From an uncultured Candidatus Saccharibacteria bacterium (GTDB taxonomy: Bacteria; Patescibacteriota; Saccharimonadia; Saccharimonadales; CAZDBS01): a DNA stretch of 52,106 nucleotides. The DNA lies in contig CAZWNK010000002.1 of NCBI GenBank assembly GCA_964635445.1, forward strand, positions 1 to 52,106. Direction: 5' to 3'. A model generated the notes under the pieces. It had not been told where the DNA came from. It did no database searches and saw only the letters and a list, made by a program, of their open reading frames with translations. Position numbers and translations under genes: made by a program. Shown piece by piece: positions 1-9,169 of the stretch; positions within the stretch are counted from its first letter, which is position 1; the number at the start of each line of letters is the position of its first letter.

Positions 1-3000
1 GGCGGCGGAGATAACAATTGGTCTACCTGTGCCAACTGGAGCGGGGATACGTGCCCTACTTCAAGCGATTCTGTTACGTTCAACGGTACGTCTACCAAAG
101 ACGCGACGATCGATGGATCGTTTGCAGGAACGGTTGCTAGTATCACGATAAGCTCCGGCTATAGTGGCGCTATCACGATGGCACGGTCACTTACAATCTC
201 AGGAGCCTACTCACAAAGTGCTGGAAGTTTTACAGCGGCAGGTCAAGCACTTTCTGTTGGTTCATTCGTACTATCATCGGGTATTTTTACAGCTTCTTCA
301 GGTACGATGAGTGACTCAGGCGACTTCACGATTACGGGCGGTACATTCAACCACAACTCAGGAACGATACTGTTTAATGGCGGAAATGCGAGCGCAACCT
401 TGGCCTGCAACAATGTCACATTCAATCTTGTACAGATAACGCGTAACTCCACATCTATCATTAATTTTGGCAAAACACTCACAATCAACAGCGACTGCTC
501 ATTCCCTCTCGGTAGTAATCCGACAATCATTCCTGCGCACAATACAAACGTATTTAACAATCTTGTTTTGAATGGAACCTTATCAGGTTCAGGTACGATT
601 ACCTTTTCCCATACTGATGTAGGTGGTGATGTTCAGTTGAATTCGGGTGCGAGCTTGAGTGGTTTCAGTGGTGCTGACTTTGATGGTACAAATCTCGTTG
701 TTCAAGGCGCAACCCTCAACGCCGGAAGTTATAATCCATTCACGATCGATGGCAGTTTCAGTATGTCATCCGGGGCCTTTACTGCACCGTCAGGCACCAT
801 GAGTGTATCGACAGATTTTAATATCACTGGTGGCACATTTAGTCACAACAATGGTGCTCTCTTGTTTAATGGCGGTAGTTCGAGTGCAACCTATGCGTGC
901 AACAACGTCACGTTTCATTCAGTCCAAATTACTCGGAATTCGACATCACTTCTCAATCAACCTGCGACCCTAACTGTTAATAGCGACTGCTCATTCCCCC
1001 TTGGTAACAACCCCACAATAATTCCAAGTCATAGTACGAATGTCTCGAATAATCTTATCCTGAACGGTACTCTCAGTGGTACCGGTACAGTAACATTTCA
1101 ATACGCCGATGTGGGCGGTGATGTCACGATGAATAGTGGTTCGAGTCTCAGTGGATTTAGCGGACTGATCGCTGATGGCATGAGTCTGGTGATCGCAGGA
1201 GCTACTCTCGATACCACATCTTACAATCCAGTTACCATCAGTGGAAACTTTGGCCTTTCATCAGGAACCTTTACAGCCCCGACAGGCACGATGAGTGTCG
1301 CAGGAAATTTCACCATTACGGGTGGGGGCTTCAATAATAGCGGCGGGACGTTACTTTTTAACGGTGGCGGGTCGAGTGCGACGTATTCATGTAATCTTGT
1401 TAGCTTTAGCCATGTTCAGATTACTCGCAACTCTACGTCGCTTGTCAATCAACCTGTAACACTAACCATCAACAACAACTGTATTTTCCCGCTGGGTAAC
1501 AACCCAACGGTGATCGTCGGTCATTCGACAAACGTTTCAAACACGCTTGATCTCTATGGAATTTTGACGGGCACAGGCAGAATTACCTTTTCATATACTG
1601 ATACAGGCGGCACAGTCAAATTTCACAGTTCTGGTGGCGTCGGAGGGTTCAACGCTATAACAGCCGATCATAATAATTTGATGGTGGATGGTGCAGATAT
1701 AACACTCCACTCCTTCAACTCGGTCATTGTCGGAGGAGACTTTACGCTACTAAATGGCACCAATCTGACATCTACCGACGGTACACTCTCTATCTCTGGG
1801 AATCTTGATATCCAAGACACATCAACCTTTGATCCTGCGAGCGGTACAGTTGATTTTACGGGTACGAGCCAAACGATTACATGTCCATCCTTCAACCTTG
1901 TGAGGTTTAGTGGTAATGGCGTTAAGACCCTGACCAATGATTGCGTCTTCCCGATCGGTAACGATCCCACTTTCAGTGCGACGTTCTCGACAAGCGGTAC
2001 AGTTCAGGTCACTGGATCGGGTACGTTGACAGCAGGTAATCTCACGCTCAATAGTCACATTTCAATCGCCGGTTTCTCCGGTCTTCATACTACCAACAAT
2101 CTGACGGTGAATGGGACGACCTTTGACGCTACTGCGTATTCGTCGTTCACGGTAGGCGGAGCATTTCTCCTGACGAATAGCGCGATCTTTGATGCGCCAC
2201 CGACACTTACGATCGTAAGCTCTATCACTAAGTCAAGTGACTCCACGTTTAATCACGAAAACGGAACAGTTATTCTAGACCCAGATGTATACACGCAGAT
2301 CATAGGAGATATTACTTTTTACAATCTCACAAAATCTAACTCGTACAATGGAATTGTTTTCAAAAATGGTAATACAGTAACTGTCCTCGGGACACTGACA
2401 TTGATTGGGTATAGCAGCTCAAACCCTATGTATATCTACTCGGACTCACCTGGCCAAACGTGGAGTATCGATCCGCAAGGTGCGCGCACAGTACAGTATC
2501 TGAACATTCAAGACTCAACGAACATAAATACCACAGCGATTACAGCTCTCGATAGTACTGACTCGGGCAATAATACGAATTGGAACATCATCGCACCGCC
2601 TCCGCCAGTGATATATAACGCCTCTGACGTACTCGGTGCAGACGACTTCACGACGAGCGGCAGCTTCAATGGTGACGGACTATCTCCGGTCGTCGATACT
2701 ACCCATCATAGACTCTTTGTCTCAGACTCGGCCAACGGCAATATCTACATCTACAACCTCGATACCAACAATAACCTTGTCGACAAAAACTATGACTATT
2801 ACCTCCATGGCGGCACAACAACATTCTATTATCAGGGCGGTATGGCGTACGACCCCATTCATGACAGGCTTTTTGTGGCTGATACGTATGGTAATTGTCG
2901 AGTATTGGTTTATGACACCTCCAACCTCTCTGATGACATGCCAGCCGCTCATGTCCTCGGTGCGCCAGACGTCGATAGTGCTGGTACCTGTGGTCTCGAT

Positions 3001-4257
3001 GACCACTCCTTGGGAGGCTATGATTACTACGGATCAGTAGCCTACGACACGTCGTCTCAACGTCTGTACGTCATGGATGGTTATGAGAACGATCGCATTA
3101 TGGTTTTTGATCTCTCGTCCGGCATCACCGATAATATGCCTGCTACAAATGTCCTCGGTGCATCGGATTTTACCACAAGCGGATCAGGGACTGTCTCTGC
3201 TAGTACATTCGGCGGTCTTAGCTACGGTAACCTTGCCGTCGATTCCGTACGCCATCTCCTCTTCGTTGCTTCCTATGATGACTATCGTGTCGTGGTTTAT
3301 GATCTTGCTGAAGGTATTACAGACGGCATGGATGCCTCATATATTCTCGGTGGTGATGATATTAATTCATCAGGAACGTGCAATGTTGATGCGACAGGCA
3401 TGTGCCCGGTCGGCATTGAATATAACTCAGATCAGCAGTTGTTGTTCGTCTCAGATTACGAGTCTTATCGCATCATGGTCTTCGACCTCTCCGGCGGTAT
3501 CTCTGACAATATGGAGCCGATAGCAGTTATCGGCCAACCTGATTTTGTCAGAGGTAATAGTGGCACCACGCAGCAGTACATCTATCTCTACGATCAAGCC
3601 AACCTTTCGTACGATTACGCTAATCGCCGTCTCTACTTGGGCGATGACTATAATGGCCGTGTCATGATCTATGATTTTGTGCGCATTACGGCGGCAGGTC
3701 TCGGTAATGGTACAACAGGGACAGCGTACTCTCAGTCGGTGGAAACAGAGCATAGTCAGGGAGATCTCAGTTTCTCAATCACGGATGGCGCTCTTCCACC
3801 AGGGCTCGCTATCGATGCAGCGTCTGGTGCGATAACCGGCACACCACTTGAAGCTGGCGACTACACATTCACGGTGAAAGTGACAGATACGCCAGGCGAT
3901 TTCGGATATTTCTACGACATAAAAGAGATGACGCTCCATGTCGTGCTCGGAGCGAGTACGACACCTGCTGTCGAAAATTCATCGGATACAACAACGACAA
4001 AGACGATCAAGAAAACAGTATCGTCAGCTGCAATGACTGACGATGAAGTTGTACCTGCTAATCCTGACCTCGAATCAAACACGAATACGCCGTCAACACC
4101 TTCTCCTTCTCCAACGACCACACCTACGCCCGCGCCGAAGACGATAACTACTCCTGGTACAACGATCTCAGTTGTATGGTGGGGAGTGGGCGGGATGAGT
4201 CTTCTGGTACTCCTCGTCGTTGTTGGACGAAAGGTGCTGAAACGAAGCGCATACTAG
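1..4257 (+). CDS. Giant cell-surface protein, 5'-truncated by the window edge: beta-helix-like tandem repeats + NHL-type propeller repeats + He_PIG-like Ig domain + Thr/Pro linker + C-terminal TM anchor
   Basis: Frame 1 is open from nt 1 (GGGDNNWSTCANWSGDTCP...), so the ATG at 178 is internal. 164-aa repeats (SGxFTAxSGTMS..GGxF..LFNGG..CNNVTF..ITRNST..NSDCSFPLGxNPT). Then NHL-like blades (RIMVFDLSxGIxDNM..VLG). Ig motif LPPGLAIDAASGAITGTPLEAGDYTFTVKVTD. TP-rich linker, then VVWWGVGGMSLLVLLVVVGRKVLKRSAY. Confidence 0.85.
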   Translation, partial: GGGDNNWSTCANWSGDTCPTSSDSVTFNGTSTKDATIDGSFAGTVASITISSGYSGAITMARSLTISGAYSQSAGSFTAAGQALSVGSFVLSSGIFTASSGTMSDSGDFTITGGTFNHNSGTILFNGGNASATLACNNVTFNLVQITRNSTSIINFGKTLTINSDCSFPLGSNPTIIPAHNTNVFNNLVLNGTLSGSGTITFSHTDVGGDVQLNSGASLSGFSGADFDGTNLVVQGATLNAGSYNPFTIDGSFSMSSGAFTAPSGTMSVSTDFNITGGTFSHNNGALLFNGGSSSATYACNNVTFHSVQITRNSTSLLNQPATLTVNSDCSFPLGNNPTIIPSHSTNVSNNLILNGTLSGTGTVTFQYADVGGDVTMNSGSSLSGFSGLIADGMSLVIAGATLDTTSYNPVTISGNFGLSSGTFTAPTGTMSVAGNFTITGGGFNNSGGTLLFNGGGSSATYSCNLVSFSHVQITRNSTSLVNQPVTLTINNNCIFPLGNNPTVIVGHSTNVSNTLDLYGILTGTGRITFSYTDTGGTVKFHSSGGVGGFNAITADHNNLMVDGADITLHSFNSVIVGGDFTLLNGTNLTSTDGTLSISGNLDIQDTSTFDPASGTVDFTGTSQTITCPSFNLVRFSGNGVKTLTNDCVFPIGNDPTFSATFSTSGTVQVTGSGTLTAGNLTLNSHISIAGFSGLHTTNNLTVNGTTFDATAYSSFTVGGAFLLTNSAIFDAPPTLTIVSSITKSSDSTFNHENGTVILDPDVYTQIIGDITFYNLTKSNSYNGIVFKNGNTVTVLGTLTLIGYSSSNPMYIYSDSPGQTWSIDPQGARTVQYLNIQDSTNINTTAITALDSTDSGNNTNWNIIAPPPPVIYNASDVLGADDFTTSGSFNGDGLSPVVDTTHHRLFVSDSANGNIYIYNLDTNNNLVDKNYDYYLHGGTTTFYYQGGMAYDPIHDRLFVADTYGNCRVLVYDTSNLSDDMPAAHVLGAPDVDSAGTCGLDDHSLGGYDYYGSVAYDTSSQRLYVMDGYENDRIMVFDLSSGITDNMPATNVLGASDFTTSGSGTVSASTFGGLSYGNLAVDSVRHLLFVASYDDYRVVVYDLAEGITDGMDASYILGGDDINSSGTCNVDATGMCPVGIEYNSDQQLLFVSDYESYRIMVFDLSGGISDNMEPIAVIGQPDFVRGNSGTTQQYIYLYDQANLSYDYANRRLYLGDDYNGRVMIYDFVRITAAGLGNGTTGTAYSQSVETEHSQGDLSFSITDGALPPGLAIDAASGAITGTPLEAGDYTFTVKVTDTPGDFGYFYDIKEMTLHVVLGASTTPAVENSSDTTTTKTIKKTVSSAAMTDDEVVPANPDLESNTNTPSTPSPSPTTTPTPAPKTITTPGTTISVVWWGVGGMSLLVLLVVVGRKVLKRSAY
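277..1752 (+). repeat. Three in-frame tandem copies of a 492-nt (164-aa) coding repeat, followed by more degenerate copies to about 2580
   Basis: Repeat heads at 277 (SGIFTASSGTMS), 769 (SGAFTAPSGTMS) and 1261 (SGTFTAPTGTMS). The period is exactly 492 nt, with conserved Cys pairs in each unit. Confidence 0.8.
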
Positions 4258-4260
4258 ATA

Positions 4261-4289
4261 TTGCAATAACAGGGGAGAACGTGTAAAAT
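4261..4289 (+). promoter_or_regulatory. Sigma70-type promoter of rpsU (TTGCAA-17-TAAAAT), -10 ends 7 nt before the ATG
   Basis: TTGCAA 4261-4266, 17-nt spacer, TAAAAT 4284-4289, ATG at 4297. The only purine-rich SD-like stretch lies inside the spacer, upstream of any plausible TSS. Confidence 0.5.
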
Positions 4290-4296
4290 ACCGCGG

Positions 4297-4512
4297 ATGA
4301 TACAAGTTACTCGCAAAGATTCCAAAGAATCACTCGAAAACATGATCCGCCGTTTCAATCGCAAGGTACAACAGTCGGGTGTTTTAGCTGTTGCCAAAAT
4401 CGGTACTGAATTCCAGAAGCCGATGAGTAAACGCGAACGTCGCAACAAGGCTATCATTCGTCGTGAGCGCAAAAACGACAAGATGAAGAAAATGCGAATG
4501 GGCGTGAAGTAA
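4297..4512 (+). CDS. rpsU: 30S ribosomal protein S21
   Basis: 71 aa, basic. VTRKDSKESLENMIRRFNRKVQQSGVL...KRERRNKA pattern typical of bS21. Confidence 0.85.
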   Translation: MIQVTRKDSKESLENMIRRFNRKVQQSGVLAVAKIGTEFQKPMSKRERRNKAIIRRERKNDKMKKMRMGVK

Positions 4513-4538
4513 TAGCTGAGCTTCCTGAAACAGGAAAA

Positions 4539-4567
4539 ATATCCGGAACGTTTCCGGATATTTTTTT
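4539..4567 (+). terminator. Rho-independent terminator after rpsU
   Basis: ATATCCGGAA-cgt-TTCCGGATAT perfect 10-bp stem followed by TTTTTT. Confidence 0.8.
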
Positions 4568-4591
4568 ACCCAAGAAAGTGATAAACTACAG

Positions 4592-5056
4592 ATGATTATG
4601 AGTATCAAAGAACAATTGGATGCTGATTTGAAAACAGCGCTACTCGGTGGCGACAAAGCAACTGCCGAGACGCTTCGTGGTCTCAAAAGCGCCATATTGT
4701 ACGAAGAAGTCGCGACCAATATGCGAGAGCAGGGCCTGGATGACGAAAAAGTCGTCTCCCTATTCAAACGAGAAGCCAAACGACGCGATGAAAGTGCAGC
4801 GCTCTATGATCAAGGTGGTTCGAAAGAACGCGCTGACAAAGAGCGAGCCGAGAAAGTCCTCATCGAGAAGTATCTACCAGCACAAATGGATGAATCGCAA
4901 CTCCAGGAAGTCGTCGACGAAGTAGTCGCGAGCATGCCTGATGTAACCATGCAACAAATGGGGCAAGTCATCGGTGCCGTCAAAGCAAAAGTTGGCGCCC
5001 AAGCTGACGGTGCGATGATTGCACAGTTGGTCAAAGACAAACTCCAAGGAGCTTGA
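4592..5056 (+). CDS. GatB/YqeY domain protein
   Basis: SIKEQLDADLKTALLGGDKATAETLRGLKSAI... and a C-terminal MGQVIGAVKAKVGAQADG motif typical of the YqeY family. The true start may be the ATG at 4598 (TGaTAAACT at 4579-4587). Confidence 0.8.
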   Translation: MIMSIKEQLDADLKTALLGGDKATAETLRGLKSAILYEEVATNMREQGLDDEKVVSLFKREAKRRDESAALYDQGGSKERADKERAEKVLIEKYLPAQMDESQLQEVVDEVVASMPDVTMQQMGQVIGAVKAKVGAQADGAMIAQLVKDKLQGA

Positions 5057-5062
5057 AGCGCG

Positions 5063-5608
5063 ATGATTTTACTCTATGGACCGGCTGGATCAGGAAAGAC
5101 AGTCCAAGCCAAGCTGTTAGCAGAGTCTCTCAAGTATGATCACGAATCATTGGGTGCTCGTCTTCGAGCCTCCGCTGACCCCGCTCTCCAAGAGCGACTA
5201 GAACGAGGCGAGTTGATAGAAGACGATACAATTAATCAACTTGTCGCCTCTATCGTCAAGGATCATGCACCGGAGCACAACGTCATCATCGATGGGTTTC
5301 CTCGCAAGGCTAGCCAGGCGGAGTGGGTGGTGGAGTGGGCGAGTGACAACCAGGTATGTATCGAGTGCATCGTACATATATTACTCGATGCCGAAACAGC
5401 CAAAGAACGTCTCCTGAAACGAGCTCGACCCGACGACAACGCCGAAGCAATAGATATACGAACGAAAGACTATGAGGTAGTATCCGATCAAATTATCCAT
5501 CATATGGTCTCAGCTGATATCCCCGTCCTTACCGTCGACGGGAGCCAGACGATTGAACGAGTACACGACCTTATCATGACCCAGATGAGTGAAAGGCGAA
5601 CATGTTAA
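5063..5608 (+). CDS. adk: Adenylate kinase-like nucleoside monophosphate kinase (short, no LID insertion)
   Basis: P-loop GPAGSGKTVQAKLLAE and the DGFPR motif. AAGGAG lies 11 nt upstream. Sits in the adk-map position. Confidence 0.75.
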   Translation: MILLYGPAGSGKTVQAKLLAESLKYDHESLGARLRASADPALQERLERGELIEDDTINQLVASIVKDHAPEHNVIIDGFPRKASQAEWVVEWASDNQVCIECIVHILLDAETAKERLLKRARPDDNAEAIDIRTKDYEVVSDQIIHHMVSADIPVLTVDGSQTIERVHDLIMTQMSERRTC

Positions 5609-6351
5609 CCCCGATCAAAACAGATAGAGAACTTGATGCAATGCGCGAAGGTGGCAAAATCTTGGCAACTATCTTAGACCTGCTCATCGGCAAAGCCGAA
5701 GTTGGCGTCACGCCACGCGAATTAGCAGTCATCGCAGCGGCAGAAATCAAAAAGCACGGTGCATCAGCGCCGTTCCTGGGATATCATGGATTCCCGGATG
5801 TCATCTGTATCTCGGTAAACAATCAGGTCCAACACTGCATCCCAAACAATAGACCTTTTCAAGAAGGTGACGTCGTCAATTTTGATTTTGGCGTGACATA
5901 CAAAGGGCTCATCACTGATGCTGGTGTCACTATCGGTATCGGTAAACTTTCGTCAGATGATCAGCGGCTTGTAGACGGCACCAAGGCAGCGCTTGATGCA
6001 GCCCTCGGTATTATCAAAAACGGTGTCCGTGTCGGTGATATCTCTAACGCCATCGAGTCAGTGCTTGTCGAGCAAGACCTCGGCATCGTGCGTGAACTTG
6101 TCGGGCATGGTGTCGGACATGACCTCCATGAGGAGCCGGATATTCCTAACTATGGCTGGGCCAAAACCGGACCGATACTCAAAACTGGCATGACTATCGC
6201 CGTCGAACCTATCACGACACTGGGTGATGAAGATATCTATATAGATAAAGATGGGCAATCAATCTACACAGTCGATGGTAGTAAGTCAGCACAGTTTGAG
6301 CACACTATCCTGGTGCTCGACAAAGGGTGCGAGATTTTGACCACATTGTAA
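5602..6351 (+). CDS. map: Methionine aminopeptidase type I
   Basis: 249 aa. Metal ligands in DVVNFDFG, ITDAG, VGHGVGH, IAVEP and FEHT contexts. Confidence 0.92.
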   Translation: MLTPIKTDRELDAMREGGKILATILDLLIGKAEVGVTPRELAVIAAAEIKKHGASAPFLGYHGFPDVICISVNNQVQHCIPNNRPFQEGDVVNFDFGVTYKGLITDAGVTIGIGKLSSDDQRLVDGTKAALDAALGIIKNGVRVGDISNAIESVLVEQDLGIVRELVGHGVGHDLHEEPDIPNYGWAKTGPILKTGMTIAVEPITTLGDEDIYIDKDGQSIYTVDGSKSAQFEHTILVLDKGCEILTTL

Positions 6352-6392
6352 GTTGCCCCAGATAACGGTAAGCGCTATACTGTCGGACAGGT

Positions 6393-7628
6393 ATGCAAAA
6401 ATCTCATACGTCTGTTTTTGCTGGCATTGACATCGGTACATCACATACAAAATGTGTTATCGGCACGGTGGATGCTGATCAACATACGTTACCGACGATC
6501 GTTGGAGTAGGCAAAGCGCAAAACTTGGGCATGCGAAAAGGTAGCGTCATTCATATCGATGAAGTGGCGGAGTCTATCGCTGCAGCTGTCAATGAAGCAG
6601 AGCGTACGAGCGGACAGCGCGTCACAGCAGCGACGATCAGCGTTAATGGCTCACATCTCCAAGGCATGAATTCCAAGGGTATTATCGCTATCAGCAGCAC
6701 GCCAAGAGAAGTTGTCGAGGAAGATCGTGGTCGCGTCGAAGAAGCTGCAACTGTCGTCAAGCTCCCACCCAATCGTGACATCCTCCAAGTCTTCGCGCGC
6801 AACTACCGACTCGATGGACAGGACAATATCAAAAATCCAGTCGGGATGAGCGGTGTGCGACTTGAGATCGATGCACACATCGTGACAGCAAGTGCACCAG
6901 CACTCCGTAATATCGAGCATTCATTTGAACGTTCACAGATCGAAATTCACCATCGCATCGTGTCTGGCTTGGCAGCTGCAGAGGCAGTACTCGAACGACG
7001 TCAAAAGGAGTCGGGATGTGTCGTCTTGGATATCGGTGCTGGCACGACAAGTATCGTGGTGTTTGAAGAAGCTGAAGTACAACACATAGCTGTTTTGCCG
7101 ATAGGCGGCCAACATATCACCAACGACCTCGCAATAGGCCTCAGGACCGATATCGATATAGCCGACGAAGTGAAGTTGAAGTTCGCACGTGCTATGTTTC
7201 CGGATGAGGAAGATGATAAAGAGATCGAAGTGCGCGTAAAAGGCAAGACGCATACTTTCAAGCAACAAGAGATCGATGAAGTGGTAGAAGCGCGACTTGA
7301 TGAACTCTTCCAGCTCATCGACAAAGAATTGAAGAAAATACAGAAGTCACGAAAGCTCCCTGGTGGCGTCTACATTACTGGAGGTACGGCTGGACTTAAG
7401 GGTATCGATGTGTTCGCTCGTGACGCACTCGAACTCCCCGCGCGCGTTGCGCGTATCACACACAAAGCAGTTATCGATGAAGTGAGCGCGCCTGAATACG
7501 CGTCTGCAGTCGGGTTGATGTTGCTTGATTATCAACTACCGAACGAATATTACGAAAAGAGTTCAGCTGCCAACTGGAAAGCGACCTCTGGTCGAGTGAA
7601 GGGATTCTTACGTAAGTTTAAGAGCTAA
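6393..7628 (+). CDS. ftsA: Cell division protein FtsA
   Basis: Actin-fold phosphate motifs GIDIGTSHTKCVIG and VVLDIGAGTTSIVVF. Immediately upstream of ftsZ. Confidence 0.92.
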   Translation: MQKSHTSVFAGIDIGTSHTKCVIGTVDADQHTLPTIVGVGKAQNLGMRKGSVIHIDEVAESIAAAVNEAERTSGQRVTAATISVNGSHLQGMNSKGIIAISSTPREVVEEDRGRVEEAATVVKLPPNRDILQVFARNYRLDGQDNIKNPVGMSGVRLEIDAHIVTASAPALRNIEHSFERSQIEIHHRIVSGLAAAEAVLERRQKESGCVVLDIGAGTTSIVVFEEAEVQHIAVLPIGGQHITNDLAIGLRTDIDIADEVKLKFARAMFPDEEDDKEIEVRVKGKTHTFKQQEIDEVVEARLDELFQLIDKELKKIQKSRKLPGGVYITGGTAGLKGIDVFARDALELPARVARITHKAVIDEVSAPEYASAVGLMLLDYQLPNEYYEKSSAANWKATSGRVKGFLRKFKS

Positions 7629-7747
7629 GCAGAGCTTTTTACAGAGGTCATTTCGGATAACTTGTGTGCACACGAAGAGTAAGTATTTGATTCACTCCAG
7701 TATGCACGATATACTTGGATTTAGAATTATGAGACCTGGAGGACTAC

Positions 7748-9010
7748 ATGCCCGAAATTAATCCAGCAATTGAGACCTTTGCTCGTATCAAAGTCATCGG
7801 CGTTGGCGGTGCCGGAAATTCTGCAGTCAATCGCATGATAGACTCGGGGATCAACTCAGTCGACTTTATTGTCGTCAATACAGACGCACAGGCGCTCCAT
7901 CACTCTATGGCACCAACCAAGGTGCATATAGGCAAAGATGCCACAAGAGGACTCGGTGCGGGAGCTAACCCGACTGTTGGCAAGCAAGCTGCTGAAGAGT
8001 CCAAAGAAGATGTCCGAGCGGCTATCAAAGGAGCTGACATGCTCTTTATCGCTGTTGGTGAAGGTGGTGGTACGGGCACAGGTGCAGCACCAATCGTCGC
8101 AGAGATTGCCAAAGAAGAAGGAATCTTGGTTGTCGGCATTGCGACAAAGCCGTTTGCATTTGAGGGTGAGAAGCGCCGACTCAATGCCGAAAGTGGCATC
8201 GAGCAGTTGCGGGGTTACGTCGATACACTTATCACCATTCCCAACGATCGCCTACTCCAGACGATCGATCGCCGGACGCCGCTCGTCGAAGCCTTCAAAG
8301 TCGCTGATGATGTGTTGCGCCAAGGTGTGAAGGGCATATCTGACCTCATCACTGTTCATGGACTTATCAATCTCGACTTTGCCGACGTCAAATCAGTCAT
8401 GAGTAATGCCGGTTCTGCGCTCATGGGTATCGGGCGAGCAAGTGGCGAGAATCGAGCGGTTGACGCGGCGCAGGCTGCGATCGAATCGCCGTTACTCGAG
8501 GTATCTATCGATGGTGCACGTGGTGTGCTCTTCAATGTCACAGGTGGTCTGTCGATGTCGATGCATGAGATCAATGCCGCCGCTGAGACTATCACAAGTG
8601 CAGTCGATCCAGATGCCAATATCATCTTTGGCGCGACACTTGATGAATCGATGGGCGACGAGATCATGATTACAGTTATCGCAACTGGGTTTGACCCGAA
8701 CTACTACACCAATCGTCATACAGTGCATGCACCTATGGCAGAGACTGAAGATGTTGCGAACACGATAGCTTCCGAACCCGAGGAACATGAGAAATCGAAA
8801 GAACTTGAGCCGATCCGGGAGCACGAACCAGAACCGGAGAAGGAGCCCGAACCCGAAGTGACGACGCCGAACGACGGTGCGCACGAATTTCATAGCGAGA
8901 TGGATCATAGCGACAATATCTGGACGCACGATACGGACGATGATGATCGTTTCGACAAGCCATCATTCTTGCGTTTCAGGCGCAAGAAAAAAGACAAGAA
9001 CGCTGAATGA
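7748..9010 (+). CDS. ftsZ: Cell division GTPase FtsZ with long acidic EPEPE-rich linker and C-terminal FLRFRRKKK peptide
   Basis: [13 protein letters not shown] and the [10 protein letters not shown] tubulin signature. GGAGGA SD upstream. Confidence 0.97.
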   Translation: MPEINPAIETFARIKVIGVGGAGNSAVNRMIDSGINSVDFIVVNTDAQALHHSMAPTKVHIGKDATRGLGAGANPTVGKQAAEESKEDVRAAIKGADMLFIAVGEGGGTGTGAAPIVAEIAKEEGILVVGIATKPFAFEGEKRRLNAESGIEQLRGYVDTLITIPNDRLLQTIDRRTPLVEAFKVADDVLRQGVKGISDLITVHGLINLDFADVKSVMSNAGSALMGIGRASGENRAVDAAQAAIESPLLEVSIDGARGVLFNVTGGLSMSMHEINAAAETITSAVDPDANIIFGATLDESMGDEIMITVIATGFDPNYYTNRHTVHAPMAETEDVANTIASEPEEHEKSKELEPIREHEPEPEKEPEPEVTTPNDGAHEFHSEMDHSDNIWTHDTDDDDRFDKPSFLRFRRKKKDKNAE

Positions 9011-9075
9011 TTTTCGTCTCTGTTGACGCAAAAATAACAGAGGTGGATCACATCAAAAACAACAACATAGAGCGC

Positions 9076-9105
9076 TTGCGTTGACGCTAATGGTAGGGCT
9101 ATACT
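9076..9105 (+). promoter_or_regulatory. Candidate nrdR promoter (TTGCGT-18-TATACT)
   Basis: TTGCGT 9076-9081, TATACT 9100-9105. Overlapped by the two putative NrdR boxes. Confidence 0.35.
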
Positions 9106-9131
9106 CGATGAAGATACGCTATATTTAGCGG
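9084..9131 (+). promoter_or_regulatory. Two putative NrdR boxes spaced 32 bp
   Basis: ACGCTAATGGTAGGGC (9084-9099) and ACGCTATATTTAGCGG (9116-9131). The second matches the published NrdR-box consensus acaCwAtATaTwGtgt at 12/16. The 32-bp phasing is typical of tandem NrdR boxes. Confidence 0.45.
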
Positions 9132-9169
9132 ATTGCACATCAGCCTTAGAGACAGAGAGGAGTTACTAA

